From a virus (lineage: Duplodnaviria > Caudoviricetes), in IMG/VR virus record IMGVR_UViG_3300042861_000484, positions 1-60,597 of that record: a stretch of 60,597 nucleotides of DNA; one strand, 5' to 3'. The notes beneath the pieces were generated by a model, which was not told the DNA's origin, searched no databases, and saw nothing but the letters and a program-made list of their open reading frames with translations. The stretch's first letter is position 1, and every line of letters begins with the position of its first letter. Below, in pieces: positions 38,701-48,190 of the stretch. The position numbers were made by a program, and so were the translations under genes.

Positions 38701-41700
38701 TAAGGTGGAGGATGCCACTGGTAATATCCAGAACATCGATCCTAGATTGATGACAGGATATGAGAGAATCGAGACAGCCTCTGAGAAGATTGAAAAGAAC
38801 AAAGAGCAGATTGAGAAAGAACAAGCTGCCACTGAACTGAATTCTGGAAATGTGGCATCTGTTCCTGCAGAGGAAGGTGCTGTTATATCTGAAGGAAAGC
38901 TGAAAGATTACAGACAGCTTTTCATATCTGGAATTACAGAGTCTGAGGATTACAATGATCCTACACAGTCTGCTCCTCATGTTAAGCGTTCTAGAGAGTT
39001 CCTGAATAATGCTAAGAACTTCAAAAATAGAAACAAGCTTGCTACTATTCTTGTAACTCCTAACCAAGAGGTGACTCTTGGCTTGAGTGGTCTCATGGAG
39101 CTGTCCTATGGAACAAATGATAAGTCTGGTGCTACAGATGTTGAAAATGGATTTGTAGCTCAGGTGTTTGTTGAGCAAGATGGCGGAAAGCTCTACTTTG
39201 TAGATAAAGATGGTAAGCGTGTTGGTGAGGTTGGTAAACCTGTTGATATTCAACAAGTTGTATTCCAAACCATGCCCACTACAGATCTATTCTATAGAAC
39301 AAAAGATAAGAACGAAAAACCTAAACCTAGATATAGAGAAAATCAAAAAGCTGAAGCTGAAGCTGCTTCAAAAGCTTGGGGAATGAAAAGAGCTGAGCTG
39401 TTTGCTGCTCCAGCATTCCCTGTAAAGGCATATCAATTCACCATATCCAGAGGGGTTAGACGTGAGAATAAGGTGGATGGTAAATATGAAAGAAATCCTG
39501 TAGGAGGAATATTGATTCCTGAGGATAGGATTGCAACCACACAGGGTCTTCTCAAGATCTCTGAAGGAACTGTTTCACACAATGGTGTCTCTATTACAAT
39601 CCCTAAGGGTCTCACCGTATTACAATATGGTGATACACTGGATATTATAAACAATAATAAGTTTGGAAGAAAGAAGGCTAAGGCTATCTATGAGGTGCTG
39701 AAAGCTTTTGCTGAGGATATTAGAAAGCAATCTGAGGCTGGTAAGTCTATTAAGTTCAATAGAAACTATACCACCTTCCTAGAGAATGTTCTGTATTGGA
39801 GAAAGACTCCTGATACAAAGGGTAATCAAATTTATGTTGATGCCTCTAACATTTTCTTGGGTGGATTCAGATTCCCAATTGCTGATATAGCCACTCTTGA
39901 GGGTGAGATTGTAGATCAGCTTTCTGAAACCTACCATAACATCAATGGTAAAACTCTGAAGGATAAGTTCACAGAACCCTTCTATGAGTATACAGTGGAT
40001 GAGAATGGTAATCTAACTGAGAAGGAGTGGAGAAACTACCAGTCCTATCTGCTCAGCTCTGAAGGAAGATCAGCACAGGAGACTCCTCTTGTAACAAATG
40101 CTGCCAAGCCTACAGCAGAACTCCCATATTCCTTCAAGCAGAAATATGCTACATTAAACGATTTTGAACTTCCTGTTGTACAGGCTCCTAAAGTTGAGGC
40201 TAAGCCTGGTGTTCCAATGATTGGGGAGTTTGCAATGGATGGTACAACTGTTCACACATTCAATGGTTTCACCAGTGGTCCTGTAGAATTTACAGGAACT
40301 GTTGATGCTAATGGTAATGTTTCTGTAAATATCCAGGTTAATAAAACAATTAAAGAGGTTACTGATAATAAGAAGGTTGTCAATGGACCTGTTGTTGAAG
40401 GTCTGAAAGCTGCAAATCAATTTGATCCAACAGCTGAGGAAGAGCAGCTTGTTGTAACATATGTTGGTCTAAAGCTTATTGGTGAGCTCAACAAACTCAA
40501 GGAAGCCCAACAACAAGAAGCTCCTACAGCTCCCACACCAACAACTCCTGTTTCTACAGATGCTAAAGCTGATATAGAAAGAAGAAGACAGGAAGCATTA
40601 ACACTTAAATCAGAAACTAATAGTAATGGATATGAAGAAGGTGAGCGTATAGAAGAAAAAGAAGGTAAAAGAGATTTTTTCAAATACTATAGTTATTTTT
40701 ATGAGCATCCTATAGATGAAAATAATTTTGAAACTATAAAAGCAAGTACTAAAGAAGAATTATTTGATAAAATCAATGCTAAGTATGATGCAGAACTAGC
40801 TGTTTTAGAAGGAGCTAAACCTGCTGCTGCACCAGCTTCACCAGCAGTGAACAAGACAGTGTTCAGAATACTGGAGCAAGCGTTCTATGAGGGTAATGGT
40901 AAACGCTATGATGTTATTACAGATGCGCAGTTGCAAAGCATGTCTGCTGCAACCAAAACCTATCTGCTCAATCTTTATGAGCAGTTAAAAGCTTATAACG
41001 ATACGTTCAAGCGACTGGGTAAGGTGTTGGACCCTCAGACCAACAAAGAAATTACTACTGAGAGTGATAAGATTAAATACGTTACCTCTGCTTATTTCAG
41101 TGGATCTGGAAGACCTGGTAAGCTAGGATCTTCTGTAAGCATGACCTTTCCAGACCTGGTACTACCTGTACCTTCTGCAGAAGTGATCGCTGACTTTAAT
41201 TCTATCCTTGGTGCAAAGATCACCAACGAGCAGATGTCTGCTTTAGGAGTTTCAAAACAAGACACGTATAATCCTAATGATACAGGAGCTCCTGCTGATG
41301 AATATCAGAGAGTGGCTGAAACTGAGGCTGGTGAGGAAAGACTTACAGATGCTGAAATTGCACTGTTCAAAGCTTGGGCTAAGGAGAATGTTCCTGGTAT
41401 TCCTTTTGAAATACTTGACAATCTGGTTAATACATATGACAACCAGAAAGCATGGGGTGTGTTTGAAGATGGGGTGGCTAAGTTCTACAGAGGTGCTCTG
41501 AAAGGAACTCCTTATCACGAGGTGTTTGAGGGCATCTGGAAAGGATTCCTCACGCCTGAACAAAGACAAGCTATCCTTGATGAGTTCAGAGCTAAGAGTG
41601 GTAAGTTCAAAGACAGAGCTTCTGGCAAGATGTTATTCTATGAAGAGGCTACAGATCAGCAAGCTAAGGAAAGAATTGCTGATGACTTTGCTGCCTTCAG

Positions 41701-44700
41701 AACAGGTAAGATTGCTGCTAAGTCTCTGGGTCAGAAGATATTAGAGTTCTTCAAACAAATCATTGAGTTCTTCAAGAGCTTTGTTAGAAAGCCTTCTATG
41801 AAGGATCAGTTATTCAAAGCTATTGATTCTGGCAAGTTCAAAGAGGCTAAGCTTCCTGCTGATATCAAGTCTTCAAGACCTGAGTATCAACGTATTGCAG
41901 GACTTTCTGAAACTCAAGTGTTTGACTTTGTTCAAGATATGACAGCTCGTGCTGCCAACTATATCTTTGGTGGAAATAAAGAATCTCTTTATGAGCTGAG
42001 AGATGTCACTGGTAAAGAGGTGTTTGATAAGATTAAAGAGGCATACGCTTCTCCACAGGAAAGAAAATACCAGCAGCTTGGCGAAGAGAGATTTAACCAA
42101 TTGGTTAAGAGAACAAAACAATCTCTTCGTACACTTGGTATCAACTTCAATGAGGAGGATAGAATAGATATTAATGATGAAAATACATCTAGAACTGATT
42201 ATGCTCCTGAGCCTTTCAGTGTAGACTGGAAGAAGAGTTCTCCATTTGCTATTAAGTTTGTACTTGCTACACTCCCTAAGACAAAACCTACCAATCAGCA
42301 GAACTCCACATCACTGTCTCTTCCTGAGAGAGTTCTCTCTATGGCTAGTGGTGTTAAGGGATACATGCTTGTGAATTTCAACAGGGCGTTTGCTACTGTT
42401 TTGGGTAAGATGTCCAACACTAGCAGCACTGAAAAAGCTGCTGAGAAGATGGCTGATTTGGCTAAGCTGGATGCTGACTATGTACGTTTCTTCCAACGTG
42501 TAGGTGGTGATCTTAACACTGGCACATTCAATTTCTCTAATTTCAAAGATGCTGACTGGAGACTGTTTGTAAACTTCATGCAAACATTCACTAGACAGAA
42601 ACCTGATGCCCTGATTCAATACATCAAGGGTAATGAGGTGTACACTGCCCCAGCTAACCAATACACAGCTGCTGGTCAAGTAGAAAGACAGTGGTTGGAG
42701 AACATGAAAGTTGTTTCTACTAATGCTGATGCAGCCATTAGATACAACAGACCAAACAAAACATACGAGGCTAATCCTGCAGAATTCCCTGAGAAGACCC
42801 CCAAGCTCCCTGAAGAAATGGTGAAGTTTCTAGGAAGCATTGGAATTATATTCCCTCTTGAAGCATACGTTACACTAAAGTCTAATAAGCAGGATGACTT
42901 TGCAAGAGCTGTTTCCTCTATCTATACATACTTGCAGAAGGCAAGAAACATATCAGAGGTTACAGCAGACAAGCTTGGTATTGGTGGTCCTCTGAAGACT
43001 CTCACAAATCTGTATGTAAGTGCTACAAATCCCAATCAGGATAGCACCTATTTTGGTGTTGAGGGTCAGAGAATCCAGTCTGTAACAGATGATAATGCTG
43101 CTTCTCTGTTTGAGAACGAGTTTAACGAGGCTGGTTCTCTTGATCAGTTGCGTCAATCAAGACCTGAGCTGAACGATGTGTTTTCTAAAAGTAGTGTTAT
43201 TCTGAAGAAGGATGGAAGATTCTATAATGCTGATGGTGAATTAGTTAGAAACATTAAGGTTTCTTACATCCAAGGAACAAAGCTTAGAGATAGCAACAAA
43301 GGTGTAGCTACTAGCAAACTCACTATTGGAAAACGACTCACTCAGGAGATCAACCAGAATATCAATGGTAACTATTACATCTTGGTTCCTGGTGATGGTT
43401 CTACAGAATGGATGATGAACTTGGGTAACCATGTTTCATTTGCTGATGTAGAAGGTGGCAGAGCTTGGAACAAGATCTATACCATCTTCAAGGGCTACCT
43501 GAAAGATGAGGTGGCTTTAGCACTGGATGCTGATAACAGAAAGCAGATAAAGAACATTGGCAATAAAGCCAAAGAACTTCGCTTCTTCAAGGAAATACTT
43601 TCTGAAAAGACCCTCAAAGAGATCAATCAACTGATTGTCACTGGAGCTACAGAAAGCAGAATTTCTGAATATATTGATAATAACATATCTGACATCAATG
43701 CTGCTGTTAAAGAGTTTATTGAAAACACAGTAAATGAAACTAGAGCTAACTTAGAGTCTAGTAATCAGGTGGCTATGGTGAAGGAAGACCAGTTCACTTA
43801 TGCAGAACTGGATAGCACATTTGCCACATCTGAAGGTATCAGAAAGTTCAGAATGAGCAATGATGATGTGAACAATCTTGTTACATTCCTGAATGCTAAC
43901 TATATCATCAACAACATTGAGTTCCACAAAATCCTGTTTGGTGACCCCTATCAGTTTGCTATCAAGAATGGTAAATTGGATGAGACCAAGCGTATCAAAT
44001 CATTCCTCTCTCCCAGACGTAGAACAATTGATAGTCCTGAGTTCAATACATTCCTAAATGATGAGTATAATAAGTCTGGGGATGTACAGCTTCTGCCAAC
44101 TGATCTTGGATATCATGAGAACAAGTCTTACACCAAGACAGCTACTCTCTCTGATATTGAGTTTGGTACAAGTCTCTATCCCAAGGTGAATGAGGCAGAT
44201 GCTGCTTCTTTGATCATGGACAACACCTATCGTGAGGTGAAACTCAAGAATGGTCAGTGGAGTAAGGAAGCTGAAAACTGGCATCAATGGCAAATGGCTT
44301 ACATGAGAAGAGCCATGGATAAGAAAGGTGCATGGTCTTACGAAGGTAGAGAAGCTTTGCAAAAGGCTGATAATGAACTGCTTAGCAAACCTGAACCTAC
44401 ATTTGTTACAGAGGTGCTTAAGCCTATTGTATCTGGTGTTAAGAATAATGAGAACAAAATTGATATTGTTCTTGACAAGTTCTCTCAGATGCCTTTGTAT
44501 TATAAGTCTATTGAAGGCACAAACCTAGAGAAGCTCTACATCAAGATGATGGAGGAGAAGGTTGGCTATGTGGTTATGGAGTCTGGTAGAAAGGCTGGAG
44601 CTACAGCTCTCAACAAGTTCTACAATGAGGATGGATCATTCAATGAGAATCCTTTTGTAGGAACAATTGATGTTGCTTGGAAGTCTTATGGCATCCAGGT

Positions 44701-47700
44701 GGAGAACAGCTTTGAGAATCCCAAAGAGCAAACTCGTGGTAGCCAGTTAACAAAATTGTTTAGTCTTGACTTCTTTAATAATGGTGAAGCTAGCAACGAG
44801 GCTAGAGCTGAATTCAATAAGAATAAGGAGATTCTCAAGCAAATGCATGAGAATGGCTACAACCAAATCCTGAAGAAGCTGGGTATTGAAGACCTGGGAT
44901 ATGCATTCAATGTTGTAGACAAGGTGGCTATTCAAGAAACCCTTGAGTATGAACTACTTAGAAGAGAGCTCAATGAGAATGCAATTGACACAATTCAGTT
45001 GGATGAGAATGGTGAATTTAGAATTCCGTTTGAAGCATCTCCTGCATATCAACAGATTAAGAACGTTCTCTATTCTATTGTAAACAAACAGCTCACTAGT
45101 CCCAAGATGAATGGTGGTCCCAAGGTGCAGGTTCCTGTCACTGGTTGGGAGAAGGGAAATAGAGATCCTAAAGGTGCAAACCCTGCACTGAAGTTCTATA
45201 CTAAGGAAGATCCTTACATGGAGGTATATCTTCCCCACTGGTTCAGAAATAAGTTCAATAAGAACAAGTTCCCCACAGATGAATCTATCCTAAACTATCT
45301 AAACAAGACTGATGAGGGTAAGAAGATCCTGACAGGAATTGGTTTCCGTATTCCTACACAGTCTATGTCCTCTGTTGAGGTGTTTCGTGTGAAAGGGTTC
45401 CTGCCTCAGAGCATGGGTGATACAATTATTGTTCCTTCAGAGATTACAGCAAAGGCTGGTTCTGACTTTGATATAGACAAGATGAACACCTATTTGAGAT
45501 CTGTCTATGTAGACAAGAGTGGTGATGTTCGTCTGGTTAAATATAGAGGTTCTGAAGAAGCTACCAGAGAGTTCTATGCTGGTGTATTTGATGAGGTATT
45601 GGCTGGTAAGAAGGTAAAGAAAGATGATCTATTTGAAGCTCTTCAGATTCGTAAATACGGACTGGATGATTCAAAAGGTCTTGTAGATAGATATGGTAAT
45701 CTTTTGGATACACTGCTGTCTGAGGTGGAGAATGAATCTGAACTTGAAGCAAAGCTTGAAGAGGAGCTTCTCAAACTTGGGGATGAAAATCTGCAAGCTG
45801 CTCTGAAGGACAGATTTATAGATGAGATGTACAAGCGTTCTTTGGAGAATGAGTATTACGACTCTCTGGAAAGAATGATCACACTTCCTGAGAACTTTGA
45901 TCGTCTGGTGTCTCCTGTAGATGATGCTGGTCTTGCTAAAGCTGCTGCTGAGCTAGACACTCTTAGAAATGAGGATGAGTCTCAAATCAAGAACAGATTG
46001 CTCAACAGAAGCTACATGACCAACCTCAGACATGCTTTTGTAACAGCTAAGAAATGGGTGGGTATTGCTGCGGTAAATATTACAGGTCAATCACTTACAC
46101 AGAAAACTGAAACATATATTGACCCTGCTAGATTTGAGCTGGTTAATGCTATTGATAAGAAATGGTTGGGTGATGGCACAATTGCTCTTCCTCACAACAC
46201 TGTAACTGTTGATGGTAAAACATATGTTTCCATCTCTGGAAAGATGACTGCTGATAATAAGAGCTTCATCTCTGACAGGCTCTCTGGATATGCTACAGCA
46301 TTTGTGGATGTGGCAAAAGATCCATACATTATGAAGATTATCAAGTCTGACTTGGTAACTAGTACATTCATGTTCTTGGAGAGAATTGGTATTGGAAAGA
46401 ACACAGTGTTGTTTATGAATCAGCCAATTATTACAGAATACCTGAAATACTTGGATGCAAAGGATGCTAAGTTCCTGTTTAACACTGATGATGTTGCAGC
46501 AGTCTTGAATAAGTTCCCAGCCACTAGAGATAGTGTTAAGGAAGCTAAGATAGACGTAGCTAAACTCAAGGATAACATCAAAGACTATTCTGAAGGTAAG
46601 CTTGGTGATGAAAGAAATGCTGAACAACAGAGGATCTTGATGGAGTTTTTGAAATATGCTAAGATGGCTGATTATAGTTTCAAGCTCACACAGGCTACAA
46701 ACTATGACACCACCAAGTTCAAGAATAGCGATTCTTTCTACAAGAAGACTAGCAGAACTGCTATGGCTAGAGAAACAAACATCTTCTCTTCTGTAGACAA
46801 GGTGTTGGAAAACTCATTCATAGGAGACCAGGCTGATCTGTTGAACAGATCGATGGTTGGTATGGGTGCTATATTGAAGCTTGAGCAGGATGACTATAGA
46901 TACATCATCAACCAGGTACTTGCTCCTTACAGTGAGCAGATGTACATGAGTGCTGATGATTTTGATAGAGTGGCTAACAAGCTCAAGGCTTCTTTCCTAG
47001 ACTTCATCATCCAGACCAAAACTGGATTGAATTCTGAAATTAGAGAACTGGCTGTTGATCTTAGAACATCTGTAGCAAGACAGCTTGCTGAGGCACAGAA
47101 GAATTTTCCTAACGTTAAGATTCTCAATGACTTAACTGTATCTACCTCAGATAAATTAGAAGGTGGTGCAAAGACTGTTACATTGAAAGCAAACCCCAAG
47201 GATGCTTTTGATGAGAACACTTACATTGAGATGATGAGAGAGTTAAGAGATAATCCTGAGACTAGAAATCTGTATTACGATATAGTGTCACTTTCTATTC
47301 TCCAGGGATCATATCAGTCTGCTGTATCTATCAAGAACATCATTCCTGTAGAGGATTATGCTGCTGCAATTTCTGAGACAATCAATACTCTTTCCAACTC
47401 CCCAGAGCTTGAGATCTTCTCTAAAGAGGCATGGTTCCAAAAGAACAACTGGAAAGATGATGCTGTTGTTCCTCCAGTGACACCAAAATTCTTCCTGGCT
47501 TCTGAGAGTCCTATAGATGTTATAGAGGTGGGGGATGATCTTGTGGATGTATATCAGTATTATTCTGAGCTGTTCCCAAGTATTGAGCCTTTGAAAATCC
47601 AATCTACAGATAGAAGAGTGTTGCTTCTCAGTGAGAAGTTTAACGCTAAGCATGTTGGCTATGATGTTGTAAAGGTGCCTAGAGTGATCACAATGAAGGG

Positions 47701-48190
47701 TGGAGAGATGGTTGATATTGTCACTGGTAGAAACATCACCCCTGCAGAAAGAGTGAGAAGAATAGCTTCTGGAGAGTCTGGTTTGAACGATGTGTTTGGT
47801 TATCAGAAGGTTAGATATGGTAATGGAGAACCTGTAGTTACAGAAAAGGGTCAGCATGTATACAAGCTTATCAATCTGTATGGTGATGGATCTCTGGTTT
47901 CTGAATACTACAATGATGGCAGACCTTCTGTAATTGATAATGGTACAGTGAAGATTAGCGATAACATTTCTAATGATACATTAATTGAGTACTTTGCTCC
48001 TAGAATTGAAGAAAGAATCGTATCTTCGGCACCAGAAGTAGCTAGCACTACAAAGATATCCACACCATCAGGCAAGCTGAAACTTAAGGATGGTAACGAA
48101 TACAACATCAGTGATATTAATGCTGAGCTATTAGAGAGCATAGGTTACAAACCAAAAGAAATCGGTAAACTGTTAAAATCAATCTGTTAA
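35780..48190 (+). CDS. giant virion RNA polymerase polyprotein (double-psi beta-barrel) with hydrophobic N-region and zincin-like domain
   Basis: GFRIPTQ and AGSDFDIDK catalytic DxDxD (45464-45478); YHEVFE zincin-like motif; 4136 aa. Confidence 0.9.
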   Translation: MPLFDEELLNNLRKPGNLPSLNSYASSPYSGNYEYSFTPPSVPSMFGGYADRSQKEGGITLEEMKKATPTFNFGFGAAPRFVSQQELNEAANRYGFFKRGVDLEDIAAQRQSPLSRFANGIIKGLGTAGGTFISGFGTIPHAIDAFRKGSNFMDEISSQYDWQKDISENIKQFEDLLPNYVDKWERDHPFGGVIPFTRGSANFWGDGVFKNLGYGVGAITNALVTDAALVATGQGLAAAPLIGAQLTKLGAGVTSMLGRASVHLGKLAAGTTKMDEALAVARQAGGTAEQLATVRGLAYAAAGTKITSGSRWMLGVFNSAQAEATMEAADGELTITNHLIDQYKRQHNGDAPVGADLEEIKRIAGDARNVRYGINMALLVPSNAFQFGSLFKGFFAPAATRALAKGVATDVGKVKLAQGSLDVFEKQAVTGLAPKAWNFVKPTLKNMFAEGVYEEGGQFAAEKGTFDYYTRKYKNLKENGNLENWRTVNEIMTSGIEGIAEQFTSTEGLKSMLIGSISAVIQGGVANKIQTKMGAPTEDQRLQSAINILNRYGLTGMLQNQYSDTLNAAGIAKEMDEAVASGNVFKYKNLKNDMFFNLVNSRAINGLHDVTVEQLKMLKDLDETEFQKTFGMDLNETNQKTVAGYVDALIDKANQMNKSITAINDTFKNPYTRYDDPQTQEEVLQTFRHDTVNEWKTNLAYYSATIDDVNGRLNNIATSVSEISPLVDTSVLSTLTNPEKVNELAETYEEQAIQLKKTINEFTSPEDRKRINNQVKALRTAAEKIKMAAANKDMTLDTFGKLLNFELSGRENLDAAIVPTDKRFDLYKYGFDINALETRRQQGLESFDKLASEEGFNKFFEQAEEIRDEEYDSTEEEEAEESEVTTPEVKAAEFKNKAGETELPEADREYSIAQLNKAKIEKIADDRYQVTSPTGELSFYETKAEADAAADVMNEELEGLEKIKVLGVNEDGTIKVEDATGNIQNIDPRLMTGYERIETASEKIEKNKEQIEKEQAATELNSGNVASVPAEEGAVISEGKLKDYRQLFISGITESEDYNDPTQSAPHVKRSREFLNNAKNFKNRNKLATILVTPNQEVTLGLSGLMELSYGTNDKSGATDVENGFVAQVFVEQDGGKLYFVDKDGKRVGEVGKPVDIQQVVFQTMPTTDLFYRTKDKNEKPKPRYRENQKAEAEAASKAWGMKRAELFAAPAFPVKAYQFTISRGVRRENKVDGKYERNPVGGILIPEDRIATTQGLLKISEGTVSHNGVSITIPKGLTVLQYGDTLDIINNNKFGRKKAKAIYEVLKAFAEDIRKQSEAGKSIKFNRNYTTFLENVLYWRKTPDTKGNQIYVDASNIFLGGFRFPIADIATLEGEIVDQLSETYHNINGKTLKDKFTEPFYEYTVDENGNLTEKEWRNYQSYLLSSEGRSAQETPLVTNAAKPTAELPYSFKQKYATLNDFELPVVQAPKVEAKPGVPMIGEFAMDGTTVHTFNGFTSGPVEFTGTVDANGNVSVNIQVNKTIKEVTDNKKVVNGPVVEGLKAANQFDPTAEEEQLVVTYVGLKLIGELNKLKEAQQQEAPTAPTPTTPVSTDAKADIERRRQEALTLKSETNSNGYEEGERIEEKEGKRDFFKYYSYFYEHPIDENNFETIKASTKEELFDKINAKYDAELAVLEGAKPAAAPASPAVNKTVFRILEQAFYEGNGKRYDVITDAQLQSMSAATKTYLLNLYEQLKAYNDTFKRLGKVLDPQTNKEITTESDKIKYVTSAYFSGSGRPGKLGSSVSMTFPDLVLPVPSAEVIADFNSILGAKITNEQMSALGVSKQDTYNPNDTGAPADEYQRVAETEAGEERLTDAEIALFKAWAKENVPGIPFEILDNLVNTYDNQKAWGVFEDGVAKFYRGALKGTPYHEVFEGIWKGFLTPEQRQAILDEFRAKSGKFKDRASGKMLFYEEATDQQAKERIADDFAAFRTGKIAAKSLGQKILEFFKQIIEFFKSFVRKPSMKDQLFKAIDSGKFKEAKLPADIKSSRPEYQRIAGLSETQVFDFVQDMTARAANYIFGGNKESLYELRDVTGKEVFDKIKEAYASPQERKYQQLGEERFNQLVKRTKQSLRTLGINFNEEDRIDINDENTSRTDYAPEPFSVDWKKSSPFAIKFVLATLPKTKPTNQQNSTSLSLPERVLSMASGVKGYMLVNFNRAFATVLGKMSNTSSTEKAAEKMADLAKLDADYVRFFQRVGGDLNTGTFNFSNFKDADWRLFVNFMQTFTRQKPDALIQYIKGNEVYTAPANQYTAAGQVERQWLENMKVVSTNADAAIRYNRPNKTYEANPAEFPEKTPKLPEEMVKFLGSIGIIFPLEAYVTLKSNKQDDFARAVSSIYTYLQKARNISEVTADKLGIGGPLKTLTNLYVSATNPNQDSTYFGVEGQRIQSVTDDNAASLFENEFNEAGSLDQLRQSRPELNDVFSKSSVILKKDGRFYNADGELVRNIKVSYIQGTKLRDSNKGVATSKLTIGKRLTQEINQNINGNYYILVPGDGSTEWMMNLGNHVSFADVEGGRAWNKIYTIFKGYLKDEVALALDADNRKQIKNIGNKAKELRFFKEILSEKTLKEINQLIVTGATESRISEYIDNNISDINAAVKEFIENTVNETRANLESSNQVAMVKEDQFTYAELDSTFATSEGIRKFRMSNDDVNNLVTFLNANYIINNIEFHKILFGDPYQFAIKNGKLDETKRIKSFLSPRRRTIDSPEFNTFLNDEYNKSGDVQLLPTDLGYHENKSYTKTATLSDIEFGTSLYPKVNEADAASLIMDNTYREVKLKNGQWSKEAENWHQWQMAYMRRAMDKKGAWSYEGREALQKADNELLSKPEPTFVTEVLKPIVSGVKNNENKIDIVLDKFSQMPLYYKSIEGTNLEKLYIKMMEEKVGYVVMESGRKAGATALNKFYNEDGSFNENPFVGTIDVAWKSYGIQVENSFENPKEQTRGSQLTKLFSLDFFNNGEASNEARAEFNKNKEILKQMHENGYNQILKKLGIEDLGYAFNVVDKVAIQETLEYELLRRELNENAIDTIQLDENGEFRIPFEASPAYQQIKNVLYSIVNKQLTSPKMNGGPKVQVPVTGWEKGNRDPKGANPALKFYTKEDPYMEVYLPHWFRNKFNKNKFPTDESILNYLNKTDEGKKILTGIGFRIPTQSMSSVEVFRVKGFLPQSMGDTIIVPSEITAKAGSDFDIDKMNTYLRSVYVDKSGDVRLVKYRGSEEATREFYAGVFDEVLAGKKVKKDDLFEALQIRKYGLDDSKGLVDRYGNLLDTLLSEVENESELEAKLEEELLKLGDENLQAALKDRFIDEMYKRSLENEYYDSLERMITLPENFDRLVSPVDDAGLAKAAAELDTLRNEDESQIKNRLLNRSYMTNLRHAFVTAKKWVGIAAVNITGQSLTQKTETYIDPARFELVNAIDKKWLGDGTIALPHNTVTVDGKTYVSISGKMTADNKSFISDRLSGYATAFVDVAKDPYIMKIIKSDLVTSTFMFLERIGIGKNTVLFMNQPIITEYLKYLDAKDAKFLFNTDDVAAVLNKFPATRDSVKEAKIDVAKLKDNIKDYSEGKLGDERNAEQQRILMEFLKYAKMADYSFKLTQATNYDTTKFKNSDSFYKKTSRTAMARETNIFSSVDKVLENSFIGDQADLLNRSMVGMGAILKLEQDDYRYIINQVLAPYSEQMYMSADDFDRVANKLKASFLDFIIQTKTGLNSEIRELAVDLRTSVARQLAEAQKNFPNVKILNDLTVSTSDKLEGGAKTVTLKANPKDAFDENTYIEMMRELRDNPETRNLYYDIVSLSILQGSYQSAVSIKNIIPVEDYAAAISETINTLSNSPELEIFSKEAWFQKNNWKDDAVVPPVTPKFFLASESPIDVIEVGDDLVDVYQYYSELFPSIEPLKIQSTDRRVLLLSEKFNAKHVGYDVVKVPRVITMKGGEMVDIVTGRNITPAERVRRIASGESGLNDVFGYQKVRYGNGEPVVTEKGQHVYKLINLYGDGSLVSEYYNDGRPSVIDNGTVKISDNISNDTLIEYFAPRIEERIVSSAPEVASTTKISTPSGKLKLKDGNEYNISDINAELLESIGYKPKEIGKLLKSIC

